Part shown: piece by piece, positions 1 to 12,500 of the stretch
How the letters are laid out: every line of letters begins with the position of its first letter
Position numbering within the stretch: position 1 is the first letter of the stretch
Notes under the pieces: model-generated
Seen by the model: only the letters and a program-made list of their open reading frames with translations
Database searches by the model: none
Told to the model about the DNA's origin: nothing
Origin: Oopsacas minuta
Lineage: Eukaryota > Animalia > Porifera
Direction: 5' to 3'
NCBI GenBank assembly: GCA_024704765.1
Contig: JAKMXF010000110.1
Span: 124,001 to 188,000, forward strand
DNA: 64,000 nucleotides
Position numbers and translations under genes: made by a program

Positions 1-1567
1 TGACATACGACTAAGATATTGAGAAGTGGGTTGGATAGGAATGGAACCTGCAGTAGCACCGAATTTCTTTTCCAAACTCTTCTGCACACTGTCTAACAGA
101 GCATAGTTAGAATCACGCTCGTAACGCATAGTCATACGTCCAAAACTGACATGATTCAGATTCTTCAGCCATTCGAAATACGAGACAGTAACGCCTCCAG
201 CATTTGCATACATATCCGGTATCATCAGGACATTCTTAGACAGGAGTAGATCGTTAGCTTTGGTTGTGGTAGGTCCATTCGCTCCTTCTATGATTATCTT
301 AGCTTTGATAGAGTCAGCATTACCCATATGAATAGACTTCTCAGTAGCACATGGCACAAGAATGTCACACTCCTTGTCAAATAAGGACCCCTCTACAAAC
401 TCACCACCAGAGTACCCGGATACACCTCTGTTCTTCTTCTTGTACGCAATTATATCATCAGGATCCATTCCTTCCTTATTGTAGATTGATCCGTCATACT
501 CCATCACTCCCACTAATTTACAGCCAGCTCTGTGTAAGTAACGAGCAATGTAAAAGCCTACATTACCAAATCCTTGTACGATAAAGCTCTTCCCAATGAA
601 GCCTGGCACTACGTTTATAGAAGACATGAATTCAGGATCTTGTATGAAGTTCCTTAAAGCAAAGAATAGACCGAGACCTGTTGCTTGAGTACGTCCATGT
701 ATTCCTCCCTGACTGATTGGTTTACCTGAATGGGAAAAATATAAAATTTTCAAGCTTCTAACTCTCCAGTATAAATATATCACAAATTCATACAAGGGTT
801 TGGGAATTTGGGATATTTGAAGAGTATGTAACTATTCGGATTATTAAGCATTACCTAGAATTATACCAGTTAGCTTAAAATGGCAGTGGTAACTTACCAG
901 TTACACACGCATGTGCATTGATATCCAGATGTCCAGTAGTATGTGCATATGTATCAGCTATCCAAGCCATCTCTCGTTCTCCAGTACCCATGTCAGGAGC
1001 AGGAACATCAATACCAGGTCCTAAGAAGCCCTTCTTTGATAGTTCAATTGCGAAACGTCTTGTCAACCTCTCCAACTCTCCCACTGAGAATTTTCTGGGA
1101 TTTATCTTCACTCCTGCCTTTGCTCCTCCATACGGCACGTCTACTGTTGCATTCTTATATGTCATAAGCGTTGCTAAGGCTTTCACTTCATCTGCATTCA
1201 CATCTTCACTGTATCTACAACCTCCTTTACAAGGAGTTTTATGATGACTATGCTGTGCTCTCCATCCTTCAATATTTATAATAGTTCCATCATCTAGACG
1301 GAGAGGAAACATAACGTTCACAACATTATTACAAGGACGTATAGCATCCAAAATACCGACTATCTCTTCTCTAGGATGTCCTGTTATACGCATTTCATCT
1401 TTGATAATATATTCCTCAGCTTTCTTCAAATACTCTGATACCATCTGACTGAAGCTAGGGTTATCTTCCGGGTTCTGAGAGCTGATGGCACGTGTTTGTA
1501 ATCTCAGATTGGAATGTCTCAGGATGGAGGGACGTGGGATATGGTAGAAAACTTTGCGTAGAGCCAT
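1..1567 (-). CDS. GLUD: Glutamate dehydrogenase, mitochondrial type; 3' end outside the window. Exons 1567-898 and 725-<1
   Basis: Exon 1 has [24 protein letters not shown] and [19 protein letters not shown] intron (897-726) rebuilds VTG|KP. Exon 2 reads [55 protein letters not shown]. Confidence 0.97.
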
Positions 1568-2764
1568 TCTTATTATGCTTATTTAGATAATTTATACACT
1601 AATTCAGGAAACTTACGAAACATGCAAATAAATATTTTGAAATTGTTTAGCTCTTATTCTGTTTGGTTTTGAGATATGAGTCATAGACCAATCCATTTTC
1701 AGGAATAGAATGTGAATACAAATACAAAGAATGACAATTGTTTACTAGGAAAGGGGAGAACTTGTTATTAGAAGTTTGTTTCTTTCCTCTTTATGTATGT
1801 AGGTGCACTACTGCGTATTATGGGAGCAGATTCTTAGTGATAGGACAATTAATGAAAGACGTTTCGTGACAGGACATTTCGTAACAAATAGTAAATAGTT
1901 TGTCGGGCAATTTACTTTGTATTTGTTATGAATTACAAGTTTATTATTCGTTTGGTACAATTACATTTGGATTTGTCAGCCACAAGAAATAAGTAATAGA
2001 GGTGTTTATTTATAAACTGATGTACAAATCCCGTGGAAGGATGGTACCATTTCTTTTGGATGTCATCACCCAGCAATGTGTTGTTCTTTGATAAATAGAA
2101 GGATCAGGGTATATCTGTTGATAAATATGCATTATATATTACCGGGGAGGAAACCTGCAACACATAGGTGCCACGAGAAGAGGAAACACGGATTAGAGAA
2201 ATCAGAATCTGATTGAGGGATATTCGCCAAGGCTAAGATCTATTGTGAGAGGAATTGCTTACAGTTATTATACTCTTCTACAGATTAGATCATATTTGTA
2301 TAATTATAATTAAACTCAATAATAAGTTACACTTATGACAATTTTGAAACACTAATCTCAGGTGACCTTAGCAGTTCAATATTATTCCTAATTAATTGTT
2401 GTTACATGCAAATAAATTGAATATCATTTTCTTCGGCGTCATATTCACATGTCTAAGTATATTCCAGATTAATAAGTTATTGTTGTTGTTGAACATGATA
2501 GCGATCAGGAGAATCATTGATTCTACAGGGTCATTTTGATAAAAGGTCAAAATGTACGCATAAAACATTCTGATTCCAAAGTTAAAATTTTAGATAATCG
2601 CTAAATGTTCACTATATTGTCTCGCAAATAAATAGAAATAATTTGAAAGCAAAATAAATAGAAGATCCCAGATAATATTGATAATATATACAGAATCAAT
2701 GATATTGAAATGAATATAGTTTTATTTGTGTTTACAATGAGATATTGTATTTGAATCAGAAAAA

Positions 2765-4834
2765 TTAAATTTCCCGTTTCAGTTCATCAATTTGAGGAGA
2801 GTTTGATATAAAACTATTCTGTAATTCCTTGAGAGGAGAAGAAAACAGAATACTTTCATTACATAATAGTTTGTAATCTTGTGAATCATCTGTCTGGGAT
2901 ATTTGTGAATTTATCCTAGTTACAAACGGTGAATTAGGAATTCCATGTACCATATTAATATTACTACAAACTTGAGGGGTGTCTAATGCTCGATCTTGAG
3001 TAATATCATGACTAATTTGCTCTGGGATACAATGTAAAGAAATAGGTGAAGAAATATCTGCTAGAGCATCGAATCCGGAATTACCAGAACTTTGAGAACA
3101 TTTTTCATTATTCGGTTGAGTAGAGGGCAGAGAGGAGATATTCAATAAAGGAGATTTCAATAGAGAATTTGATTTTTGTGAGGATGTCAGTGATAATAAA
3201 CAATTATTTCCTAGACAAGTGAAAGGTGACTGTTGAGAAGAAATATGGTTCAAGGATTGTGAATTTTGACAGTTGATAAGTGGTTCTTCTGTAGTGCTAA
3301 TTTCTTGTAAAGATATATAGTCAGATTCTTCAAGTTTATCAATCTCTTCAAACTTTTCTAAATCATCGAATGCTTGATCAGTGATTTGTCTCTTCGGTTG
3401 AGTAGGAGTGAATTTATTTGTTCGCTTATCTTTTGATTGAGATGTACTTTCAAGTTTGTCTATATGAATTTCAAATAGATTAACTATACTTTCGTGTAGA
3501 ACATCTTGGGATAATTCTAGATTATCACATGTTAATATATTTAGATAATCAGCCTTTACTTCAGGGTTTTTGCTCCTAACAATAATAGAATTAATTGCAT
3601 TGCTTAATTCTCGTAATAAGAACGAATCGTCCTGCTTGCTCTTGATATTACTCTGATTTCTGAAAAGTTTTGATATCAAACTCTCACAGGAAGATTGTAT
3701 AAAACTCCCATTATCTTCAACAATATAAGTAAGGTTATTTGATAGAAATCTCAACGAATTCACTGTGTTTGTAAATGTTTCACCAATTGAGTCAAGCTCA
3801 AAACCTATAATAAGAATCAAACTATTTTGAGCATGTTGTCCTTCAAAACTAGTCGTGTAATATTGAGAATTAATCATACGAGATGTTTTATTCGAATGAC
3901 TCAATTTAACATCAAACTTGTTCCATTTAGCCCAAGTATTTGGCAGAATTATTGGCGCACAACCTGGTACGTAAGGTAGTGTATTATTAGGACCAACGAA
4001 TAATATATTCACATCCATAAGGTCGCTACCATTTAGCTTACTTCCACTTTTCAGAGGAGGGTATATACAACCTAAAAAGTACATTTTCCAAAAACATTTC
4101 TTGCAATTCTCCACACAAATTGCTTGGGGCTTTGCTAATCGTCTGTAATTAGGTGGAATTATATGAGTATTCATATTGGGGATATGTTCATTGAGAAATT
4201 CATTTACATCATTAGCAAAATATTTCCCTAATTGAAAGTAATTGAAGGGACACAATACACGGGCATGATTCCAATATTCTCTCAAGTTTCCTTGATGTGT
4301 AAATTCTATTTTTGTTGAAAGCTTTGGATTAACAATGGTGTGGAATTGTAGAATATTTTTAAGAGATTTCAAAACTTGTTCTTTTTCTGACAAAGTAGCG
4401 GTAAAATGAGGTAAAATAATCCTAAATGAATTTTCCGTTACGTTGGCCATTTCCTGTGATTCATGCATTTGTACACCATCTTCATAGAGAGCTATCCTCC
4501 TTATCAAGATAGAATTTGGTAGATAGGAAGCAATGAATATGAAACAAGGATGTTGTCTTGATTTAACCTCTTTATAATAATCAATCCATATATTATGTAG
4601 AGTCTTAGAATCCGCGAATATATCAACAATATCATCCACACAATAAGCTTTATTCCAACAAACTTGTGAATACAATTTATTACAAGTAGAAAAGCAGTCT
4701 AGATTCTTGTCTGATATTTCCACGGTTATGTTTGCGTCCTTAAGTGATTGGGTTGTTAGATGTGCTGAACTTAATATGAAGAAGTTTATGAACTCGCTAA
4801 TTGTTGTTGAGATGATATTGTCCTTAGTTGACAT
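2765..4834 (-). CDS. TOP6BL: TopoVIB-like meiotic double-strand-break protein (SPO11 partner), single exon; likely ATG at 4834 (ORF track starts at 4876)
   Basis: Manual alignment to human TOP6BL as remembered gives five collinear blocks: LKNILQFHTIVNPKLSTKIEF ~ IKHFLRKIIMVHPKVRFHFSV; NILFVGPNNTLP ~ SIFLYGPLGLP; WAKWNKFDVKL ~ VDWKKYHLCM; NSLILIIGFEL ~ QTLLLFLFVDF; LSNAINSIIVRSKNPEVKADYLNIL ~ [28 protein letters not shown]. An S/Q-rich low-complexity tail follows. Confidence 0.7.
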   Translation of the reverse strand: MSTKDNIISTTISEFINFFILSSAHLTTQSLKDANITVEISDKNLDCFSTCNKLYSQVCWNKAYCVDDIVDIFADSKTLHNIWIDYYKEVKSRQHPCFIFIASYLPNSILIRRIALYEDGVQMHESQEMANVTENSFRIILPHFTATLSEKEQVLKSLKNILQFHTIVNPKLSTKIEFTHQGNLREYWNHARVLCPFNYFQLGKYFANDVNEFLNEHIPNMNTHIIPPNYRRLAKPQAICVENCKKCFWKMYFLGCIYPPLKSGSKLNGSDLMDVNILFVGPNNTLPYVPGCAPIILPNTWAKWNKFDVKLSHSNKTSRMINSQYYTTSFEGQHAQNSLILIIGFELDSIGETFTNTVNSLRFLSNNLTYIVEDNGSFIQSSCESLISKLFRNQSNIKSKQDDSFLLRELSNAINSIIVRSKNPEVKADYLNILTCDNLELSQDVLHESIVNLFEIHIDKLESTSQSKDKRTNKFTPTQPKRQITDQAFDDLEKFEEIDKLEESDYISLQEISTTEEPLINCQNSQSLNHISSQQSPFTCLGNNCLLSLTSSQKSNSLLKSPLLNISSLPSTQPNNEKCSQSSGNSGFDALADISSPISLHCIPEQISHDITQDRALDTPQVCSNINMVHGIPNSPFVTRINSQISQTDDSQDYKLLCNESILFSSPLKELQNSFISNSPQIDELKREI

Positions 4835-7256
4835 TCTAAGATGTATATAGCTAGTTTTGGTTAGCATCAATAACAAATCTAGACTAGTCTAATATAAACT
4901 CGTACATGGAATTTCTGAAGCGAAAATTCTGATATTCTTAACTCCAGGGGCGACGAATTTCTCAAAGTAACCTCTTAATTAATGAAACTAAATTTCAACA
5001 GGCTAACATTAGCCCAAATACTACCATGTTAACCCTGTAACAAATCTGTCCGTATCCAAAGTAGTAAAATATACATTATCAAATGAATAATATCATTATT
5101 AGAACCTTCAAACATTTCAATATCATTAGACAAGTTAATATGATATAACGTCAGAGTTTTCAACTACACAATACTATCAAATGTCATTAATTATAATTAT
5201 CAGATTCTATATTAAGATTGGTAGCAATAGCATAAATATATTGACTATCGTAGATTTATGAGTCAGTGTACAGGTATATAAACAACCATATAAACATTGT
5301 AATTGCACTTAATTGTAGTGAAATCAGTACGTATTACATATGGCTAATGGGTAGTGGTTCCGTGAGTTTCGAGAAATATCTAGGAAACAGTTAATTACGA
5401 GGGGTTGATAAGTATGCATGATGGGTCAATGGATCACACGTGTGTCAAAATGGGTCAGCGATGGTGGCCCATGGTCCACTCTGGGTACCATAGGGAACTA
5501 TTATTCAAGTTATTAATCAATTAATATAACGTTGCCTGTTGTCGCAACGAAATCAAACAACTTAGTATGTATATCTTAAAATAATTAATACGTACATAAC
5601 TTTAATCATTACACACTTCATGATAAAGTTAATAGTGAATAGAATAGTTTTGCTCACTAAAAGAAATATATTCATTAGAAATGTTGACTAAGTTATTGCC
5701 TCCATTCCATAAAATCACTAACCGATATTAGTTAAACCTTAGAATAATATAAATGTGATTTTACATATCTTATAAGTATCACAAATAATTATTGTATGTA
5801 TAATCAATGAATGATACAAATTTGATGAATGGATAAAAATAATCCCATATGAATAGGATTCGATACTTTATATCATTTAAATAGTATAGTAGCCCAGACT
5901 AGAATAATCAACCGATGTATGCTCCGAATAATTGCCCCTGAAGGAGCAAAAGTAAATAATCGCCGAGTAATAAGGCGAACCATAGCAATATGTTAAACGG
6001 AAATTAAGTTTATTAACAAATATTCATATACGTACGTATGATCAATTCCTGTCACATTGAAGCTCAAGTGACGGCGATAGTTACTTCGATATGACCGATG
6101 AAATATGCAGTATGTTATTTTTACGGTTTGGAATCAGATTTGTACAATTTCAGACTTCTATTTAAAGTATCGTAAAAAGAGTACCACAAGGAGCCGGGAG
6201 AGGGGCCAAATATTCAATAATTTTCCATTACGTAACGTTCGTTTGAACGATCCCATTGTTTATATGCTATCAGAGATTATAGAAATATAAGTAAATAGTG
6301 ATTTCCATGTGGTCTAGTGGTTAATTCATTACCAATGATATCCATTTATAATTCATTATCTAAAGAAACCAAAATAAATTACATAATTGATTTAGTCACG
6401 TTTCTAGATCATACGGATCGGTAGAATGACAAGCAATTATAATGAAATTCGGGTCGTTAGTTCTTACAGCTATTCATGGAACAAATCATCACTGATTTTA
6501 AGGTGGGTTGGGAGAGGGGGTGATGACTCTACCCTGTATTAGGGGGAGTAACTTTCGGCTGCAGGTCTTATTTTTGTATAAAAAAACTATAATCACATCG
6601 CTCTACTTATTTCTTAACTAAACTAATACTGTAATACGTTTGTAATTTACCTTACTTTCTCGAGTAGTATCCCCTACTTGAAAAATCATCAATCCAGAAT
6701 ACTCACCCCTTCTCCAAGGAGAGCTAAAAATAAAGCGCAGGGGGTAGTATTAAATACGGTATACCTGGCCAAAAAGAAAGATAGATGGTACAATTGTACC
6801 CCTTGCTTCCGTATTGACCTGTGGGTATTATCTTTTCCATTCTAATCCTCCAACTTAAATAGCACACAAAATTATCAAATAAATACGAGAAGTCAGACTA
6901 CTGATAGATAAGATGCAAAAACAAGGAAATTGATAGTATTTACATGAATCCACCAATATCAAATTTAAGTCAAAATAAATACTGTCGAGAGTTACCTAAT
7001 GGTTGACAATTCAAAGATAAGCTACTATGTAAAGATAGTATAGAGTAAAGATTGAGGCAATAGCAAGTATTACCCTAATAGAGTAGTATAGCAGGTTCTC
7101 GAATTACTCGTTGGCTATGTACATATCTCTAAGTATGCACATAATTTCATATAAATACATATATTCATATTTAATATCCTACGAAAAATTATCTGTAAAA
7201 AGCAAATTGCAAACATCGATCAACTAGAGATATATTTCATAATCCAATAGAAAATA

Positions 7257-8351
7257 ATGGCGGAAATTCATGATCACGATGATCACCATGACGAATTGCT
7301 TAATATAACCTCTACCAATTATACAGGTATCAACCTCAACAGCCCAGAATGGATTGCCATACGCGTTGCATTAGCTATGAGTACGCTAATTGAGGTCTTC
7401 GTAGCTGCATTTATTATTGACATCCTCCATCGCAAAAAGTTAATATCTGAAAGTATATTACGTATCATAGGCTCGTTAACCGCAGGACTCATGCTGTCTG
7501 GTGGCCTAGTGCATATTTATGCGGAAGCAATGGAGCATTACGTAGAGACCACAGAACACCCTGATTATTTTCTACCATTCTTGATCGGGGCTATCACAAT
7601 CCTTTGTCTTATTGTCGTTGATAAGGCGATTAAAGTCGCAATGGACGAACGGAAGCACTATATAGAACGTAGAACAGGAAGAGCTATGGTTGAAAAGAAT
7701 GAAATAAAGGAAATTGAATTGAAGACAGGGGGCGAAGAGAATGAACCAAAGGGTTTCAATGAAGAAAATGTACCTTCAGCAGAAAACGAATACACAGTAC
7801 AAGAGACTGATACAAACAACATACAAGGACATGGACATTTTGACATAGCATTAGGAACGGATAAATGGTACGTAGCGATTTTATTCCTGGTTGCTATAAG
7901 TTTGCATTCTATCTTCGCAGGACTCGGATTTGGTACAACAAAAAGCTTAAATATTATGTTACAAATATACGCATTCATTATCCTACACAAAGGTCTTGTA
8001 GCTGCTAGTTTATGCGTTGTCATGATAAAGCACAAGAATGTGTTTACAACAACTCGATTTTATCTGGTGGTTTTTACGTTCGCACTGTCTACACCTATAG
8101 GTTCATTTATCGGGATAGGAATATCAAATATTAACACAGAGTTTGAACTTGTAGAGGTTGTGTTTAATTGCATATCAGCTGGTACATTCCTGTATCTAAG
8201 TCTTAGAGAATTGACTGCTATGTTCTTCGACGAGGCAGAAAGAAAATGGTGGGTTGATGTTCTAAAGATAATCGCGTTTATTATAGGGTTCGGTTTTCTA
8301 ACTGCATTGGCTGTATGGCATCCACATGAAGCAGACTCACACGACCATTGA
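7257..8351 (+). CDS. ZIP (SLC39, ZIP1/2/3-like) zinc/iron transporter
   Basis: About 8 hydrophobic segments, AGLMLSGGLVHI, TM4 SLHSIFAGLGFG, TM5 ILHKGLVAASL, STPIG, SAGTFLY; His-rich N- and C-termini and a GHGH loop. Confidence 0.92.
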   Translation: MAEIHDHDDHHDELLNITSTNYTGINLNSPEWIAIRVALAMSTLIEVFVAAFIIDILHRKKLISESILRIIGSLTAGLMLSGGLVHIYAEAMEHYVETTEHPDYFLPFLIGAITILCLIVVDKAIKVAMDERKHYIERRTGRAMVEKNEIKEIELKTGGEENEPKGFNEENVPSAENEYTVQETDTNNIQGHGHFDIALGTDKWYVAILFLVAISLHSIFAGLGFGTTKSLNIMLQIYAFIILHKGLVAASLCVVMIKHKNVFTTTRFYLVVFTFALSTPIGSFIGIGISNINTEFELVEVVFNCISAGTFLYLSLRELTAMFFDEAERKWWVDVLKIIAFIIGFGFLTALAVWHPHEADSHDH

Positions 8352-9536
8352 GTACCCACATTTCCATGTTAAATGAATACATTAGGTATTACATAATATA
8401 AGTTTAGAACATAACGTATTTTCTTTGTACTCTGTAACATGCTATATTTACATGGAAATGTATTACATTACAAATAGTCTGTGCTGTGCTCAAATTGTTC
8501 AAATTGTTGTACCAATTATTATAGTGCAATGATGAATGTATTATGTATAATTGGCATATGGGAGGGGGGGAATGGGGCCATATGTGTAATTGTGTATACG
8601 TGAAAGTGGAGCTCAGTGTTATGTATTTTTGTTCTTTTCAAGGGGGGCACGCCCCCCTGACACCCGTGTAAATGCCGCATTGCACCGGACGCGACTGATT
8701 TTGGACTCCTTGACCTGATAATTATTTCAGGATGTCCAATATTTTCGTCCCCTAATGTACTTCATGTTCTATCGTCTAATCCTATGGATAAATTCTGAAT
8801 AATTATCCTACAATTACCCCTGTCTAACTTTTGATACGAAATCTCTAGTATGATTAGAAAAACAGACCAGAAGGTGTGAAATATCATTAATCATATGATA
8901 AATCATTTAGATATAGATTTGAAAGTGTCAGCTCAATTAAATTATTGAGTTGACCGCATCAAATTATTGTCTTAGAATTGTTTAGTTTTTGGTGTGTGTT
9001 GTACTAGAATATCATTACTTACAGGATAAGCAATACGTACATAGTGAAACCAGATGCCAGCAGGCAAGTAAAATACGTACAAACAATAGAGGCAGAATAA
9101 TATTAAGATTAAGATTGAGCTTTAGTTATTAAATTAAACTGATGGAGTAAAAGAGTAATTCAGTGAGTCACAATAAACTCAAGAGTTCAACTCCAAATGA
9201 ATATACACAGACTAAGTGTCTGTTTTAATCTGGAGAACCGGATATTGATATATATATATATGTATATACGTAAAATTAAATCACCTACATATGTAGACGT
9301 GTTCTATTGCAGAGTCCTGACAAACCAATTGTACAGATTTGTAGTGGTAGGTAATTGATGCATGGCTGTAATGAATACGAATTTAATGAAATAAAAAGAA
9401 TATTATGTGTAGTCACGAAGTTCCCGGTGTAGTCTAGGGAATAAATAGAAAATAATATGAATGAATTCTTATCTGTGCATTACTATAAATGTGTGTGTAA
9501 ATATCTTGTGATTGAAGTGATGGGGTGTATTAGAAA

Positions 9537-12500
9537 TTATTGTGAGTTGTTGTTGTTGACTATTTCATTAGTTGAGCTTTCTAACAGTGTGTAAGCACGT
9601 TTTAGCGACTCTATCTGTTTGATAGCCACTTGGTTGTTTGGACTCCGTGTGCTGTCAGAGTGTATTAAAATCTGGTAGCAAGTCTCTTTAATATGGTTAG
9701 CAAATTTCTAAAAGAGATAGACAATGAAGCAATTATTAATTATCATCCTTACGAAACTACGTAATACTATTACAAACTTTGAAAGGTTTGGTATCAGCAG
9801 TGTGTATAATACAGGCTAATCCAATGATTGAGTACGGTACATCTAGAAAATCAGGTCTGTACATACAGAAGCAAGATTTGAGTGCACTGAGGGAGAGTAA
9901 CTTCTTACGTAATCCTCTCTCTATCTCTAGAACTGGTATAATGTACTCTATGAATTCCATTGGTGTAGATAGTTTAGAATATTCCCAGCCAAGCTTCTTT
10001 GCAACCTACAATATAGTGGAAATCATTAATACGATTAAATCGGTATTAATATAATCTGAGAGGTTATATAAAAAGCAATACTACATTCATAATGCTTTAG
10101 ATCATTACATACTAACCGATGTACATTTTATACGAATATTTTATCGTACAATTAGTACAATAATAGGAAATCCGTTTCGGAGAACGTACGTATTAAGCCG
10201 AGTACTACTAGCTACCGTATATTTAAAACAGAATGGTAAAAGTGGAGTAGAATTAGTAAATTCAGACACTATAAGATGAAATTCGTAAAGAGTTCAAAAT
10301 TAAACAAGTTTATTCCAATAAATTGAAATATTATTGGATAAATATTGATAATTCACTCTTTAACAATAATTATAACAAATAATATATTATAAAGACATTA
10401 GTTTACAATTAAGGAATACTAGTGTAATTAGCGTAGTGTACCTAGGCCTGGGAAATAATTAATCTCTAGCTATGCCCCTGCTGTAAGTCATTAGAAAATT
10501 CCCATAAATATAGTGATATAATAGTGGTAATAAATTCATGACGAGTTTGACAGAATTCCTCCAGTCTACTTTATATATATAAAGGGAACAAGATATCTAC
10601 TAAAGATTAATTAAATAATACTAACAAATAATTCCATTTTAATGTTCACTACTGCCAAGCTCATACAGAAATGGAATTGAATGGGAATAATAGCCATTCA
10701 GGAAGAAGAAGAAACACAGAATACTAATATGATAGTTGTAAACAAAGAGCATTAAAATAGACATAAAAATATAACACAAACTCAAACAATCCTGGTAGGT
10801 AGATAGTGCCTCAGTGATTTCGTACATCTACACCAACAGTAATTCCGTCTGTATATTTTTCGGCCTTGACAACAACAACTTTTAAATCTCCTTTGGAGTT
10901 CACTTTAGCCTGTAATTTTATTTTCTTGTCCCCCGCACGCATACTGTCCATATCTATCAGGTTATGATCCTTCATTTTCACATTCGCAATTTCCCAATCT
11001 TCCATTGGCATAACGTCATCAGTCCTAGCTCTCTTTTCCAGTTCCACTCATGATAATATTTAATGGGCAATTTTATTAAAATATGTTTTCGAAAGGCAGT
11101 TATATACTTGCGTATTACAATGTAGATTGCGACTAGAATTTGAGATTATTTCATCTCAAAAATATATTTCTAATTGAAGGACATTTATGTATTCTAACAA
11201 AGGAGAATATGTAATCTCAAAAACTAGAATTTAGCACACAGAACAATATACAATACCTTCTTACATATATCATAACATATGTATCAGATAACGTAGTATA
11301 CGTAATGTCACTAAGAAATTCTTCTTAGACCTCTAGGTCAGGATTTCTCAAACTCACATGTGGTATGGCCACATTGTTCGGAAAACTTGTATCATGACCA
11401 CACCTTAGGTCGACATATTTGGAAAGGTTTGGCCATATTTGGTTATGTTTGGTCAGCGAACTTCAACTTAACCAAAAATCTAACTTGTATATGGAAGATG
11501 TCGACTATATAATTAATAGGGATGAATGAAATAATACAAAAGTATAATTCTATTTCAATGCTTGCAATTGCACGATGTATACAGCTAGAATTTGAGATGA
11601 TTTCATCTCAAAAATACATTTCTAATAGAAGGACATTTATGAATTCCGATAAAGGATAATATGTCATCTCAAAACTTTGTATTTTTTCTATGATTTTGGG
11701 CTCTTAATTTTGATGTGTTGATTGTTGCAAATAAGTTCCGAACAGTCATTCTTTGTTTATAGGTTGCCCTGTTAACAAATTGTTACAAATAATAACGAAC
11801 AAGATGAAAAAACACTTTGATACGAAATAAAGTAGTGTCTAGGATGCCGACAGTTTGAAATTTCCTTTATTCTTGAACTTTTCTATTTGTAATATACTCT
11901 TGCCGTAGTAAATTAATTATTTTGTTTGTCTTATCGAATTGATTACGATATACATTAATTATGGTTGTCTACGTGTTTTCCACGCAATATTTGTCTTGTG
12001 ATAAGTTCTGAACTAAGCTTTTGAGTAGGTTGGGATATTGTAAATGGTTCCATACGTATTTATAATTGACCAACAATTCGTCTATCAGCATATTGTAAAT
12101 ATTGCATCCTTACCAAAATGGAATTTGTGTAGACTCAACCGCCTATAAATCCGAATAAGTTAATTAATTAACCTATTAGACATAGCTGGATAGATGTACC
12201 ATCTTCTCCAGGTACATAGGGAAACAATTTTGTGATCTTATTCGTGTCTAATTTACAACAACAAATATTCATATACTCTTAACCTTGTATAGAAAGAAAT
12301 ACACAGCGGCATTTCATTATCTAAATTGCTTTCTACTAAACCTTAAGACATAACATGACAACCACATCCATGCATCTCTTATCAGCAATATTGCTGTTTT
12401 TCTCATTCATTTGTATACTCAATGCCCGAGTACATCCAGTTCCCATCAACGGGACCCTGAAGTACACATGAATGTACCATAGATCCTCTCTTACTGGAAC

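Noticed and set aside
351-1244. Plus-strand ORFs 351-584, 918-1244 and 943-1167
   Set aside because: Antisense shadows of the glutamate dehydrogenase exons.
2229-2245. ggctaagatc, identical to part of the U2 snRNA 5' region
   Set aside because: Only 10 nt; the branch-point-pairing GTAGTA and the Sm site do not follow.
6306-6326. tccatgtggtctagtggtta, resembling the 5' end and A box of tRNA-Glu
   Set aside because: No anticodon arm, T arm or B box downstream; at most a tiny relic.
11132-11675. ~90-bp direct repeat pair (11132-11225, 11585-11675) suggesting LTRs
   Set aside because: Too short, no TG..CA ends, primer-binding site or internal coding sequence; likely a local duplication.
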